Below, piece by piece: positions 1 to 13,903 of a DNA stretch of 49,498 bases. A model generated the notes under the pieces. It was given only the letters and a program-made list of their open reading frames with translations. It did not search any database and had not been told where the DNA came from. A program made the position numbers and the translations under genes. This DNA comes from Candidatus Subterrananammoxibius californiae (lineage in GTDB: Bacteria; Planctomycetota; Brocadiia; Brocadiales; Subterrananammoxibiaceae), in NCBI GenBank assembly GCA_030586555.1, contig JAURAC010000026.1:1-49498 (forward strand), written 5' to 3'. Position 1 is the stretch's first letter. Each line of letters opens with the position of its first letter.

Positions 1-582
1 ATTACAGACTTAATCAGGGATGATTTACACTTTCGCATATTTCTACTGATACTTGTAGGAACGATACCCACAGGGTTGATAGCGATTGCATTTAAGAATA
101 CATTTGAGGCGTTGTTTAACAAACCTGTGCTCGCCGGACTTATGATAATGGTAACGGGTACCTTTTTATGGTTCACAAAAAGTGTTGACAAAAAGACTGT
201 AAATAAAGAGGGTATAAGTTTTATTGATGCCCTTATTGTTGGAGTTGTACAGGGAATAGCAATTATTCCAGGCATATCAAGGTCAGGTTCGACCATCTCC
301 GCAGCCTGTTTTAGAGGAATCAATCGTGGGTTAGCTGCAAGGTTTTCATTCCTGTTATCAATCCCCGCAATCTTATGCGCAACAGTTTTAGAGTACAAAG
401 AGATAGTTGCCCTAAATGGAAAAGGACTTTTCTATGTAGCTATTGTAATATCAGTATCAGCCCTGGTGGGCTATTTCGCATTGCGATGGCTTGTCGGCAT
501 CGTGGAAAGGGGAAGGCTTTATATGTTTTCCTACTATTGCTGGGGTATTGGAGTGATTGGCATCATAATTTCATTAGCATAG
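1..582 (+). CDS. uppP: Undecaprenyl-diphosphate phosphatase (BacA/UppP), 5'-truncated by window edge
   Basis: Frame open from base 1; motifs QGIAIIPGISRSGSTI and ARFSFLLSIPAI; hydrophobic. Confidence 0.95.
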   Translation: MTDLIRDDLHFRIFLLILVGTIPTGLIAIAFKNTFEALFNKPVLAGLMIMVTGTFLWFTKSVDKKTVNKEGISFIDALIVGVVQGIAIIPGISRSGSTISAACFRGINRGLAARFSFLLSIPAILCATVLEYKEIVALNGKGLFYVAIVISVSALVGYFALRWLVGIVERGRLYMFSYYCWGIGVIGIIISLA

Positions 583-629
583 GTTTAGGTTATTTTTTTA
601 CATATCGCCTATTACCTATCACCTGTTTT

Positions 630-860
630 TTATGCCGCCTTAATAACCTTGCCTGCACTAATACAGCGAGTGCAGACCCTCATCCTTTTAGCGCCGCCGT
701 TAACAAGCGCCCTTATGCTCTGGATATTTGCCTTGAACTTTCTCTTTGTCCTGCCTGTGATTCTGCGCCCAACGCCACCTTTCCTCTTGGCTAAACCTCT
801 ACGCTCAATCTGATATCCAACTTGAGTCCTTTTCCCACATATATCGCATACACGTGCCAT
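630..860 (-). CDS. rpmB: 50S ribosomal protein L28
   Basis: MARVCDICGK...RTKRKFKANIQ...RVCTRCI, with the GLAKRKGGVG insertion seen in PVC-type L28. Confidence 0.95.
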   Translation of the reverse strand: MARVCDICGKRTQVGYQIERRGLAKRKGGVGRRITGRTKRKFKANIQSIRALVNGGAKRMRVCTRCISAGKVIKAA

Positions 861-889
861 TTAAGTATCTCCTCTCTCCTCAATATGTT

Positions 890-1333
890 TCACTCACTAA
901 TCCCAGCGTTTATACAATCTTCACACAAGCCTGTAATCTGAAGCCTGTGCGAGATTGTCCTAAATTTGTGTTTGTTGCACACTTCATCCTGTAACCTTTC
1001 TATCCTTTCATCAGTAAACTCTATAATCTTACCACACCCTGAGCAAACAAGATGGTCATGGTGCTCATGGTCATGAACATGTTCGTAGTGTGCGTGCTTT
1101 TCACCAAAAATGACTTCTCTCAACAAACCGCCTTTTACAAGCAAGGCAAGGGTTCTATATATAGTTGCCTTTGAGACCCGAAGGTCATGCTGACGCATGT
1201 CAATAAGCAGGTCCTCAGCCTCAAAATGCCTATCGCTTGCAAAGACGCAATTCAAGATTGCCTGCCTTTCTGGTGTAAATTTCAGCCCCTTTGACTGAAG
1301 AAACTGTCTAAATTTTTCATCGTTTGACAACAT
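890..1333 (-). CDS. fur: Fur family transcriptional regulator
   Basis: GLKFTPERQAIL, SKATIYRTL, HHDHLVCSGCGKIIEF, C-terminal CEDC. Confidence 0.92.
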   Translation of the reverse strand: MLSNDEKFRQFLQSKGLKFTPERQAILNCVFASDRHFEAEDLLIDMRQHDLRVSKATIYRTLALLVKGGLLREVIFGEKHAHYEHVHDHEHHDHLVCSGCGKIIEFTDERIERLQDEVCNKHKFRTISHRLQITGLCEDCINAGISE

Positions 1334-1406
1334 ATCCTTGTACCAAAGTTACAGATTTTTTAGCAAACAACATCCCTATATAACTCAAAATTAACAGTAA
1401 AGTCAA

Positions 1407-1467
1407 TAAAAAACCCATCCAGGCAAGCCATCATATTATTTCCAGATGACTTAAGCCCGGATGGGTT
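1407..1467 (-). terminator. Probable intrinsic terminator downstream of the 5S rRNA
   Basis: AACCCATCCAGGC...GCCCGGATGGGTT imperfect inverted repeat, followed on the minus strand by a T-run. Confidence 0.55.
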
Positions 1468-1478
1468 ATAAGAAATAT

Positions 1479-1589
1479 TTCCGGCAGTAACCTACTCTCC
1501 CAGCTTTCGCCAGTACCATCGGCGCAGGAAGCTTAACTACTGTGTTCGGAATGGGAACAGGTGTGGCCTTCCTGCTATGGCCACCGGAA
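1479..1589 (-). rRNA. rrf: 5S rRNA (short, ~111 nt)
   Basis: Terminal TTCCGG/CCGGAA stem; conserved CCCATTCCGAAC and AGTAGGT on the minus strand. Confidence 0.95.
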
Positions 1590-1646
1590 AAAAATATTGC
1601 AATAGAATAGGTAAAAAGTGGCATAAAACGCTTTATTTAAAAAGGC

Positions 1647-4777
<3,131 letters not shown>

Positions 4778-4828
4778 ACCAAAATAATATTGCGCTTTTG
4801 TGATTTGTTGCCACTTTCCACTATTCTA

Positions 4829-4840
4829 TTGTCAAAGAAC
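4829..4840 (-). promoter_or_regulatory. Spacer boxA antitermination site (GTTCTTTGACAA)
   Basis: Matches boxA-like GYTCTTTRAMAA upstream of 23S; a partner site lies in the leader. Confidence 0.7.
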
Positions 4841-4906
4841 AAAGTATAAAATCCCAAACCATTTTAATGTTTTGGGTTCTATCCAATATCTATCGTATTC
4901 TATATC

Positions 4907-4982
4907 TGGTGGAGATGAGCGGGATCGAACCGCCAACCTCGGCCTTGCAGGGGCCGCGCTCTCCCAATTGAGCTACATCCCC
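4907..4982 (-). tRNA. tRNA-Ala(TGC), CCA encoded, atypical C33
   Basis: GGGGATGTAGCTCAATTGGGAGAGCGCGGCCCCTGCAAGGCCGAGGTTGGCGGTTCGATCCCGCTCATCTCCACCA; G3-U70 pair. Confidence 0.93.
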
Positions 4983-5031
4983 TGGATGCTCGCTCCTGCT
5001 ATCCGGTAAGAAATATTTTCTGAAGGGATAG

Positions 5032-5106
5032 TGGGCCTAAGTGGATTCGAACCACTGACCTTTCCCTTATCAGGGGAACGCTCTAAACCAACTGAGCTAT
5101 AGGCCC
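5032..5106 (-). tRNA. tRNA-Ile(GAT)
   Basis: GGGCCTATAGCTCAGTTGGTTTAGAGCGTTCCCCTGATAAGGGAAAGGTCAGTGGTTCGAATCCACTTAGGCCCA. Confidence 0.95.
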
Positions 5107-5305
5107 CACTTATAAATTCATACGAGGCTTACCCACATTAAACAATTAGTCTTTATTGGTTTGTTTGTCATATAGGCCCCGTAATCAGCGGAGGCCCGTA
5201 ACCGGTTTAGAGCACTTTCACCAGAAAAAAATCATTAATAGCACAAGGAGCAAGGCAAGTGGTAGACTTCACCAATCCGCCTTAGGCGGATTGGCTACAG
5301 GATCT

Positions 5306-6899
<1,594 letters not shown>

Positions 6900-7028
6900 G
6901 AGAATATCTTGTGCTACACTCATCATCTTTTTTATCATGATGAGGGCTTTTTAACTTACAGTGTTTTGTGGCAATCCATGGTTCATATCATGGATTGCAC
7001 CGCTTCCTTACATCCTCGTGCTATTTAA

Positions 7029-7040
7029 TTTTCAAAGAGC
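7029..7040 (-). promoter_or_regulatory. Leader boxA (GCTCTTTGAAAA)
   Basis: boxA consensus between promoter and 16S. Confidence 0.7.
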
Positions 7041-7074
7041 TATATAAAGGATTTTATATCCTTTGCCATTTTTA

Positions 7075-7103
7075 AGTATACAACAAAAAACCGAGAATGT
7101 CAA
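7075..7103 (-). promoter_or_regulatory. Sigma70-type rRNA promoter, proximal
   Basis: TTGACA-17 bp-TATACT on the minus strand. Confidence 0.8.
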
Positions 7104-7209
7104 GCACGATTCTCGGTTTTAGCTAAGTATTTTTAAAACAACAACTTACGCTTTGTTAACTCGTAACGGCAGATAAAACCTAAATTTACAAAAAACTTAC
7201 GTTTTTTTG

Positions 7210-7290
7210 CTATCCATTTAAGAAAGCTCCAACTTTTCGATACCTATCATAACGCATCTCAAGGAGTTTGTCAAGAGAAATTTTTGAGAT
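7210..7290 (-). pseudogene. accA: Displaced accA 3'-end relic #1
   Basis: Translates ISKISLDKLLEMRYDRYRKVGAFLNG* versus the AccA end ISKIPLDKLLEMRYKKYRKMGVFFE*. Confidence 0.9.
7246..7274 (-). promoter_or_regulatory. Candidate distal rRNA promoter inside the accA relic
   Basis: TTGACA-17 bp-TATGAT on the minus strand, pointing to the rRNA operon. Confidence 0.55.
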
Positions 7291-7362
7291 TTTAGAGCAA
7301 GGTAAAAATGCCCTGTTTTTTGCAAAGTAAAAGAGTCGTCACTCTGAACACAAAATGAACTG

Positions 7363-7806
7363 TTATAACTTCCAATCCTTATCACCAGCCTTGTAGCCGG
7401 TCTCTTTAACAATCCTTGCCACAGATTTGATACTATCTATATTATTAAGCATTGTAGATGGCTTATAATTCTTTTCTACTATTAAAGCCGCAACCTTATA
7501 CGCTCCAAATTCTCTTTTTAGTGTGGGGATACTCCACGTTCCATTGCTATCTATGCTGGCATAACTTTTGCCTTCTCCACCTATAGCATAGGGGTGTATG
7601 TACCATTTGTCAGTGAGAACATAGACGATTACCTTATATTGGCTATATTTGGAAGCATCCATACCAAAAACGCGTCCTTGAATATATTGATTTTCTACTA
7701 TTTTATCAATGCTTATCCCCACTGTTGCTTCAGCAGTACTCTTAGTTGAGGGTAACGAGCTTAATACCAAAATTACAATCGCTAAATACGCGCACCAATT
7801 TCTCAT
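7363..7806 (-). CDS. Hypothetical secreted protein
   Basis: Signal-peptide-like N-terminus, GGAGG RBS, start overlaps upstream stop. Confidence 0.75.
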   Translation of the reverse strand: MRNWCAYLAIVILVLSSLPSTKSTAEATVGISIDKIVENQYIQGRVFGMDASKYSQYKVIVYVLTDKWYIHPYAIGGEGKSYASIDSNGTWSIPTLKREFGAYKVAALIVEKNYKPSTMLNNIDSIKSVARIVKETGYKAGDKDWKL

Positions 7807-8240
7807 ATAACAGAACCTCCTTTTGGTATTTTAATCTCTGCTGTAATTTCTTCTTTGGGAATACCCTCAAAGCCAACTGTTTCAATACTCTGCCCATTAG
7901 TTAGAAGTCTGAATCTTACTTTTTTAAAACCGGACGAACTATATGTATGTTTAAAAGCGTTTACCCCGTTCGTAATGGGAATTCCCTCGGTATCATCACC
8001 CCAATCTATTGAACCATTCGCCACTCTCTCTAAACCTGATACCATAATTGTTGCCCAAATTTTGAAAGACGAGGCTTCTTTGGTATCATGGCCTTTGTAA
8101 TCCCCAAGAATAATATGTGCATTTATCAAATTTGAATTAAACGCTCGATATTCTGATGCTCCAGTGATAGACCGATGAAAAGGATTATAAAGGGGTATCA
8201 ATTGTCTAAACTGAATGAAGGTCCAAAAAGCCCCGTACAT
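7803..8240 (-). CDS. Hypothetical protein with PKD-like beta domain (possibly C-terminal half of a frameshifted gene)
   Basis: IDWGDD...FKHTYSSSG motif; TAATG overlap with the upstream ORF. Confidence 0.6.
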   Translation of the reverse strand: MYGAFWTFIQFRQLIPLYNPFHRSITGASEYRAFNSNLINAHIILGDYKGHDTKEASSFKIWATIMVSGLERVANGSIDWGDDTEGIPITNGVNAFKHTYSSSGFKKVRFRLLTNGQSIETVGFEGIPKEEITAEIKIPKGGSVI

Positions 8241-8536
8241 TAGAAGTAAAATAAACGCGATTCGCGTAAGAACTTTTTTGTTGTTGGTTTTGCTGGTTGA
8301 ACTGTAGTCACTGGGTTTACGAATGGGGATTGGGCAGTGGCTGGTGAGAGTTGTTTCTCAAAAAGCTTACGAACAATATCAACAAGATGTTTGATAAGCA
8401 ATAAAGACAAGATACCCCAAACTGTAGCCTCGTGAATGCTTTTTACCAGATGAGGGAGGTCAACATCAAATAAAAGTAAAATGAAAAATGCAAATACCAA
8501 TAAAAATGGCACAACCATATATAGGAAGTTTCTCAT
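8240..8536 (-). CDS. Hypothetical membrane protein (possibly N-terminal half of a frameshifted gene)
   Basis: Two hydrophobic segments. Confidence 0.6.
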   Translation of the reverse strand: MRNFLYMVVPFLLVFAFFILLLFDVDLPHLVKSIHEATVWGILSLLLIKHLVDIVRKLFEKQLSPATAQSPFVNPVTTVQPAKPTTKKFLRESRLFYF

Positions 8537-8573
8537 GTTATAATGCGCCTAAATATTTATGAAAATCTTTTAC

Positions 8574-8681
8574 CTATAATCTTGTGGCGTTGCTTACATG
8601 TTGTGCTGGTAAAAAAACCCCGATTTTGCGGTACTTAGTGTACCGCAACGCAAAGAGTTTTTCAAGGGGAATTTTTAAGAT
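8574..8681 (-). pseudogene. accA: Displaced accA 3'-end relic #2
   Basis: Translates ILKIPLEKLFALRYTKYRKIGVFLPAQHVSNATRL*; starts at the same Ile codon as relic #1. Confidence 0.88.
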
Positions 8682-8712
8682 GTTACAGCAAGGTAAAAGT
8701 GTCACTTTTTCT

Positions 8713-8741
8713 TTGACAACCGTACAAGAAAATTTTATACT
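8713..8741 (+). promoter_or_regulatory. Sigma70-type promoter for ORF 8800
   Basis: TTGACA-17 bp-TATACT, then AGGAG RBS. Confidence 0.7.
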
Positions 8742-8799
8742 TTCAACACCTTAGACTATTGGGTCTTTAATTGGGTTTAATTGGGTAGGAGAGAAAAAT

Positions 8800-9990
8800 A
8801 TGAGAAAACGAAAAAGCTATATAATAATACCATTAGCATTTATTTTTCCTGTCGTACTCGGTTTAAATGTATTTGTATCCAGAAGCCAGGCAAAGGTAGA
8901 AATTGACCAAATGACCGTAATAAACCACAAACCATTGGAGTTCTTTGTCCCTGGCAAAAGGATTCTTTTACATGCGAATATTGCTGACCCTGTGGGGATA
9001 GCGGCGGCGAGGGTTTATTTTGGGACATCTAATAAGGTGAAAGACCTTACCTTCTATCTTATGAAACCTCAAGTAATCAACTATGCTGGGATTATTCCCG
9101 CCCCTTCGTCAGAGACAGAGAAAATTTTCTATTGCTTTCTTGCCGTTGATTGTAACGGCTACGTCGCAAAAACCGATTTCTTCGAACTTCGGGCAAATAA
9201 GGAGGTTGGCTTTGTACCTACATGGCAGGGAGACTTTGATGAATATGGCGAGACAGTTATACTCGGTAAGGAATACACCAGGTTTGGTTCAAAGTATCCT
9301 GCTACTGTTTTAGAAGGCTTCGATGACAATTTAATTGTTAATAAAGTCAAGCGTGAGGAGAAATACTTCTTTGCAAAGAAAGCGAAGAGGGTGCCGCGAT
9401 TAACTTCTTACGAGTGCTGGCGACGTAAGCTGGAAGAAGAGAATGGTAAGTTGAGCCTTAACGAAAAGATAGCTATTGGTGGTGGCGTAGCAGGCGCAGC
9501 CATTGGTGGTGGCATAGCGGTAGCTGTAAGTAACGGCGATGACGATGATGCACCTGCTACAACGACCACTACAACTACTACGACGATTATCACTACTACT
9601 ACCACCACAACGACCTCTACAACACCAACTACAATAATTCCTATTTTACCTAAACAAACGTTTTCGAGTCCAATAGAAGGTGCAGGTGGAGGAAGTATCA
9701 CTTTTACCCCTAATACAGGTCAAGTGGGGACACCTGTTAGCGCCTCTATATGCCTTGATACCTCAATTGACCCTGGAAGCGGTTGGCATATCAGGTTCAG
9801 TGTTAATGATGCAGGGAAGGATTACCACAATGTTTGCAGCAAATCCGGGGAATGCGGGGTTAATTGCGACCTTAAGCAAATATTCAGATTCAGCAGTACC
9901 CCAAACGCAGTAAAGGGTTTTCTTAATGTAGAAGGCAAAGGACCTGTTAAGTTCTTTGAGGAAAGCTTGCCACTTGAATTTAATGACTAA
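8800..9990 (+). CDS. Hypothetical exported protein with Gly-rich segment and poly-Thr linker
   Basis: Signal peptide, HKPL...LHANIADPVGI Ig-like N-terminal domain, GGGVAGAAIGGG, long Thr run. Confidence 0.8.
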   Translation: MRKRKSYIIIPLAFIFPVVLGLNVFVSRSQAKVEIDQMTVINHKPLEFFVPGKRILLHANIADPVGIAAARVYFGTSNKVKDLTFYLMKPQVINYAGIIPAPSSETEKIFYCFLAVDCNGYVAKTDFFELRANKEVGFVPTWQGDFDEYGETVILGKEYTRFGSKYPATVLEGFDDNLIVNKVKREEKYFFAKKAKRVPRLTSYECWRRKLEEENGKLSLNEKIAIGGGVAGAAIGGGIAVAVSNGDDDDAPATTTTTTTTTIITTTTTTTTSTTPTTIIPILPKQTFSSPIEGAGGGSITFTPNTGQVGTPVSASICLDTSIDPGSGWHIRFSVNDAGKDYHNVCSKSGECGVNCDLKQIFRFSSTPNAVKGFLNVEGKGPVKFFEESLPLEFND

Positions 9991-10104
9991 ACGGTCAAAT
10001 TCTCCATTTAATTACTCCTTGCTAAAGGTAGATTTTTACGCTAAAAAACTTAGTCGGGGTGGCTCATGTCTTAGAGTTATGTCCCCAGTAACCTTTTAGA
10101 GCTT

Positions 10105-10133
10105 TGTAGGGGCAGGGTTACCCTACCCCTACA
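10105..10133. repeat. GTAG-type REP-like hairpin
   Basis: TTGTAGGGGCAGGGTTACCCTACCCCTACAA-type palindrome; relatives near 13469, 14673, 17819, 29883, 49113. Confidence 0.7.
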
Positions 10134-10153
10134 ACTTTGCAATCCAACCTTAC

Positions 10154-11941
10154 CTACTGGTTGCTAACGTGCAACTCAAAGCTCGGGTTAGGAGTATTCT
10201 CTGGTCCAGGTATGTGAGTAAAAGGAACAGTAATATCACCCTTACCAGCATCATGGACGACCCTTGCAATCCATTGATAGCAGGACATGTGGCGGACTTC
10301 CCCCTGGTCGGTGTGAGGGTTGTGGTTGCTTTCACGGCAGAGCTCACTGTATGGCCCTGTTTGATACATAATGCAGGCGTTGTCGGCAATACGTACGGAT
10401 TCCTCCAAGGGGCAAACACCAGAACCAACAGATCCACCTTCGGTATGGTACTCGTCCAGCGCACCTGTATAAGAGTGGCACCATTCCATAAACATTGTGC
10501 CAGACTGCTGACGCAACTGGGCGTCATTGTCATGAAGCCGGACGTGGAAGTGCGACGGATCATTGGGTCGTGAATCTGGAAAGAGAAATCCTGGCCATCC
10601 CGTGTGGCCGCCATGTTGAGGGTTTTTACAATTACAATTGTAATTACCATCGAAAATCTGACCCCAACCGTCGGGCAGGTAAGGCACGGAGTCAGTAGAT
10701 CCAGGGGTTGTTTTTGGGAGTGTGTCGAAGATGCTAAATTTAGCTACTCTTATTTGCCCATCCGTTGCATCATATAATCTGTCGTTGAATTTTGTGCATA
10801 ACTTTCTGACACGTTGTATTCTTGCATCTCCTTTAGATAAGTTGAGCAATTCAAGGTGGATGTTGATATTTGGAATGACCCACACATCTCTTCGAGGAAG
10901 TTTGGGTAGTTGTATCTCATTCGAAAAATCAGAGCTATTATTTTGCTCATTGCTTTCTTCGACACGGCAATAACGATGTCCAGTAGATTCGTAAAAACAA
11001 GAGTCTGCCTCTGCATAGAAATAGATACTATCAGGAAGATTAGAGGAAGGAAAAAACATATACCCATCCAAGGTTACTTCTTGACCTGGAGCCAGTGGGG
11101 CACTTGTGTATGGAGTCTTTTTATCGCTTTGCCCAGGCACGGTAAAGCTTATGCTCTGTTTAGTAGAACTGGCATTTGTTATGTAAAATATTGCCACATT
11201 AAAAACGCCTGCGGCTGCAGGTCCTTGATTTTTGACTACAACTTGAATGGGTACTCCAATATTATCGCCATTTGAATCCACGGTAAAACTGCCATTCTTT
11301 TTTATACTCTTTACTACCAAATCTGGCAACAAACGCACCGGCGGAGGTCCGGGTGGTTTAGCTATCTCTGGTAAACCTGGGGGTTTAGGTGGCGAAACAA
11401 GTCGAATTGACACTGATACCGATAGGGCAGTAGACTTATTATTGTCCTCGTTCGCTTCTTTGACACGGCAATAATCAGGCATAAACTCATCGCTGGAACA
11501 ACTGTCTGCTATTGCCATTAAAGAGACAGTCTTACCAAGAAGTGATGCAGGAAAAGTCACTTTTCCTGAAAAGGATATTTCTCTGCCCGCAGCCAGTGGG
11601 GCGCTTGTATGTGGATACGATATACTACTTTGCCCCGGCACGGTAAAGTCGACTGCGTAAGTACCATCTGGTACAGTGTATTCTGTGGATACCTTAAAAA
11701 TACCTGCCTCAGCGGTTCCCTGATTTTTTATAACAACTCTAATGGGTACTTCAATCTTACCCTCCGAATTCTTAGTCGGACTTCCTGTAAGTGTAAGGGT
11801 AGTTACTACCAAATCCGGTAATAGTATAAGCGGAGGTGGTTTAACTGGAGTGGTACTTCCCTTTTTAGTCACACACAAACCAGTGCTGGTAATTAAAAGC
11901 GAAAGCACGCATACCGTTGAAATAAATAATCTTTTAAACAT
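10154..11941 (-). CDS. Secreted protein with two CARDB-like repeats and a CLCA-like metallopeptidase-fold C-terminal domain
   Basis: Two LLPDLVV...VxxKNQGxAxAGxF...CRVxExNExNN repeats; RLYDATDGQIR, MEWCHSYTGALDEY, CIM. Confidence 0.8.
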   Translation of the reverse strand: MFKRLFISTVCVLSLLITSTGLCVTKKGSTTPVKPPPLILLPDLVVTTLTLTGSPTKNSEGKIEVPIRVVIKNQGTAEAGIFKVSTEYTVPDGTYAVDFTVPGQSSISYPHTSAPLAAGREISFSGKVTFPASLLGKTVSLMAIADSCSSDEFMPDYCRVKEANEDNNKSTALSVSVSIRLVSPPKPPGLPEIAKPPGPPPVRLLPDLVVKSIKKNGSFTVDSNGDNIGVPIQVVVKNQGPAAAGVFNVAIFYITNASSTKQSISFTVPGQSDKKTPYTSAPLAPGQEVTLDGYMFFPSSNLPDSIYFYAEADSCFYESTGHRYCRVEESNEQNNSSDFSNEIQLPKLPRRDVWVIPNINIHLELLNLSKGDARIQRVRKLCTKFNDRLYDATDGQIRVAKFSIFDTLPKTTPGSTDSVPYLPDGWGQIFDGNYNCNCKNPQHGGHTGWPGFLFPDSRPNDPSHFHVRLHDNDAQLRQQSGTMFMEWCHSYTGALDEYHTEGGSVGSGVCPLEESVRIADNACIMYQTGPYSELCRESNHNPHTDQGEVRHMSCYQWIARVVHDAGKGDITVPFTHIPGPENTPNPSFELHVSNQ

Positions 11942-12156
11942 TTTAATTTCCTCCTTGCGTTCTTTGCGCCTTATTAAGATATGTATTTTTTCTCACAAAG
12001 ACGTAGAGTACGCAAAATAAAAGAGAAAAGACGTAAGTTTGGACCCAACCTCCCCTTTCCCCTCCTTGCTAAGGGGGGGATAAAGGGGTGGTTGTTTTTA
12101 CACTCGACTCATAACTCGCAACTCAAAACTCATTGCCCATAACTCATTGCTCATTG

Positions 12157-13419
12157 CTACTGGCACTTAAGATTCACGTCATTTACCTTCGCTCCGTCAG
12201 TAATATCAATTCTTTCCCTCACCTGTCCACATTCACTCTTTTTTAACTTTACTTCATATGTGCCATCCACAAGGTTAGTGAATTGATAACAGCCAGCACT
12301 ATCTGTATTAACCCGTTGTCGTTCTGCTCCAGCCATTTTTAATATCACTTTCTTTCCTGCACGTGGCTGACCTGCAGCATTTGTTACACGTCCTGAGATA
12401 CAACCAGTTGGGGACTTAATATCGTAAGGACACGGGCATATAACGGTTGTAGTGGTTTCGCCCGGAGGTACAGGTGGCACCGGGGTAACCGGAGGTGGAG
12501 GTGTAGGAGTAGGAGTTTTGCCAGGTGCAGGTGTAACAGTAGGAGTTTCGACAGGTGCAGGGGCTGCCTTCGGCACCTTGCAATTCATTGTTCCTTCAAT
12601 TGCATAATAAGCTGTCTTTCCTTGAAATTGGAGGGTGAAAGGAATGCTCTCCTGGGTCTCGAAGTCCTTGTAAGTTTTGATGACAATTTTAGCCCCGATA
12701 AAAGTGTCATCATCAACGCCTATAAAAATGTCACCGACACTGTCTGGAAAGTCTGTAGGTGCATAATGGGTTTTTTCCATCTCTTGCCATATTCGGTGTC
12801 CGATTGTCTCCTTTATTGCGTTGGGATTGGGGTTCAGAGGCAAGGAGCGAATTGCCTTATTGAGTTCATCAATAATGCGCCTGGTAACCCACTCTCGGTA
12901 ACCTTCAGCATTACCTTCTGACGCATCATCTTCCTCCAAAGCGTAAACTATGACACCGACCAGTGCAAATTTATTCGTCCCAAGACCTTTAATCGGCACA
13001 AGATGTGTAAACCTCGTAAATCCGAGCTCTTCTGGAATTGCAAAATTATCTCCCGTTTTGACACATGTTTTGCCGAGGTTGTTGTGGCTTCCTATAACAG
13101 TAGTTTTTGGTGGGTGTACTTTATGGTCTGTTATTGTACGGTGAGGTATATAAATAGTGGCGGACGAGCGAGCCAAAGTGCTCAAATTGGTCAAATCTAC
13201 AGTTTGACCATCCACCTTGAAGTAAATCACCCATATATAGGGTTCGTCGCATCCACCCTCATCTTGATTATGGCATCTGAAGATGTTGAGTTGTATAATT
13301 TCCTGGGCTTGTCCTGGCACTGCAGGCACTGTTTGTCCGCTCTGACTGTGTAAATCACTTTGACACAGCAGAAATACAGCACAAACGCACATCAAAGCGG
13401 TAACTATTCGCTTCCTCAT
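12157..13419 (-). CDS. Secreted protein with Pro/Thr linker and C-terminal carboxypeptidase-regulatory-like (prealbumin-fold) domain
   Basis: Start moved to MRKRIV (GGAGGGAGG RBS); ISGRVTNAAGQP...TDSAGCYQFTNLVDGTYEV. Confidence 0.8.
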   Translation of the reverse strand: MRKRIVTALMCVCAVFLLCQSDLHSQSGQTVPAVPGQAQEIIQLNIFRCHNQDEGGCDEPYIWVIYFKVDGQTVDLTNLSTLARSSATIYIPHRTITDHKVHPPKTTVIGSHNNLGKTCVKTGDNFAIPEELGFTRFTHLVPIKGLGTNKFALVGVIVYALEEDDASEGNAEGYREWVTRRIIDELNKAIRSLPLNPNPNAIKETIGHRIWQEMEKTHYAPTDFPDSVGDIFIGVDDDTFIGAKIVIKTYKDFETQESIPFTLQFQGKTAYYAIEGTMNCKVPKAAPAPVETPTVTPAPGKTPTPTPPPPVTPVPPVPPGETTTTVICPCPYDIKSPTGCISGRVTNAAGQPRAGKKVILKMAGAERQRVNTDSAGCYQFTNLVDGTYEVKLKKSECGQVRERIDITDGAKVNDVNLKCQ

Positions 13420-13548
13420 TTTACTTCCTCCCTCCATGATATTGTAGTGCAAATGTTTTTGCATAATGGTAAGGGGCAAGTTACAACTTGCCCCTGTATG
13501 CATCCAAGTGGTTCAAAAGCACCTCTTGGGTTGTTACTAAAATTTTGG

Positions 13549-13900
13549 TTATTGTATCTCAAGTTTAGGCAACTTTGGCCTCCATCCTGGCGGTAGTACA
13601 GGAGCGGGATTATATGTACAGGAAGCGAAATAACAGGATGGAAAAAGCTCGCTTGGTCCGACATCATCACCATGCCAATCACACAGGTAAAAATTAAAAC
13701 ATATTTGGCTGAAGTGTCCTACAACTCTGTATGTTTGTGCTATTTTGATGCCCCTTTTTCCCCCTGCCTTAAGTACGGTGATATGGATGTAATCGCCGGT
13801 GTCTTTCTCCACACCGTCTTCCTTTACCTCTAAATCTATAAATGCGTCGTCATCACTTTCCACTTTTCTTACACTAATGCGAATTACAATATTACCAACT
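13549..13900 (-). pseudogene. N-terminally truncated paralog of 14861-15340
   Basis: Shares VKED, KIAQTY, SCY..SC.YNP and LPPG; lacks signal peptide; in-frame TAA upstream. Confidence 0.7.
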
Positions 13901-13903
13901 ACA

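Larger units (their letters stand above)
7291..8681. mobile_element. Putative integrated unit 1 (~1.4 kb) at the accA 3' end
   Basis: Bounded by AGCAAGGTAAAA (7296-7307) next to relic #1 and by accA relic #2; AT-rich; no integrase. Confidence 0.65.

Noticed and set aside
7218..7412. 64-aa minus-strand ORF
   Set aside because: Wrong frame; the meaningful reading here is the accA relic in another frame
9556..9636. ACN triplet repeat as a possible array
   Set aside because: It simply encodes the poly-Thr linker; the antisense poly-Val ORF is its shadow
11060..11830. Internal DNA repeat as a possible DGR template/variable pair
   Set aside because: Differences are not adenine-specific, both copies are coding CARDB-like repeats, and no reverse transcriptase is present
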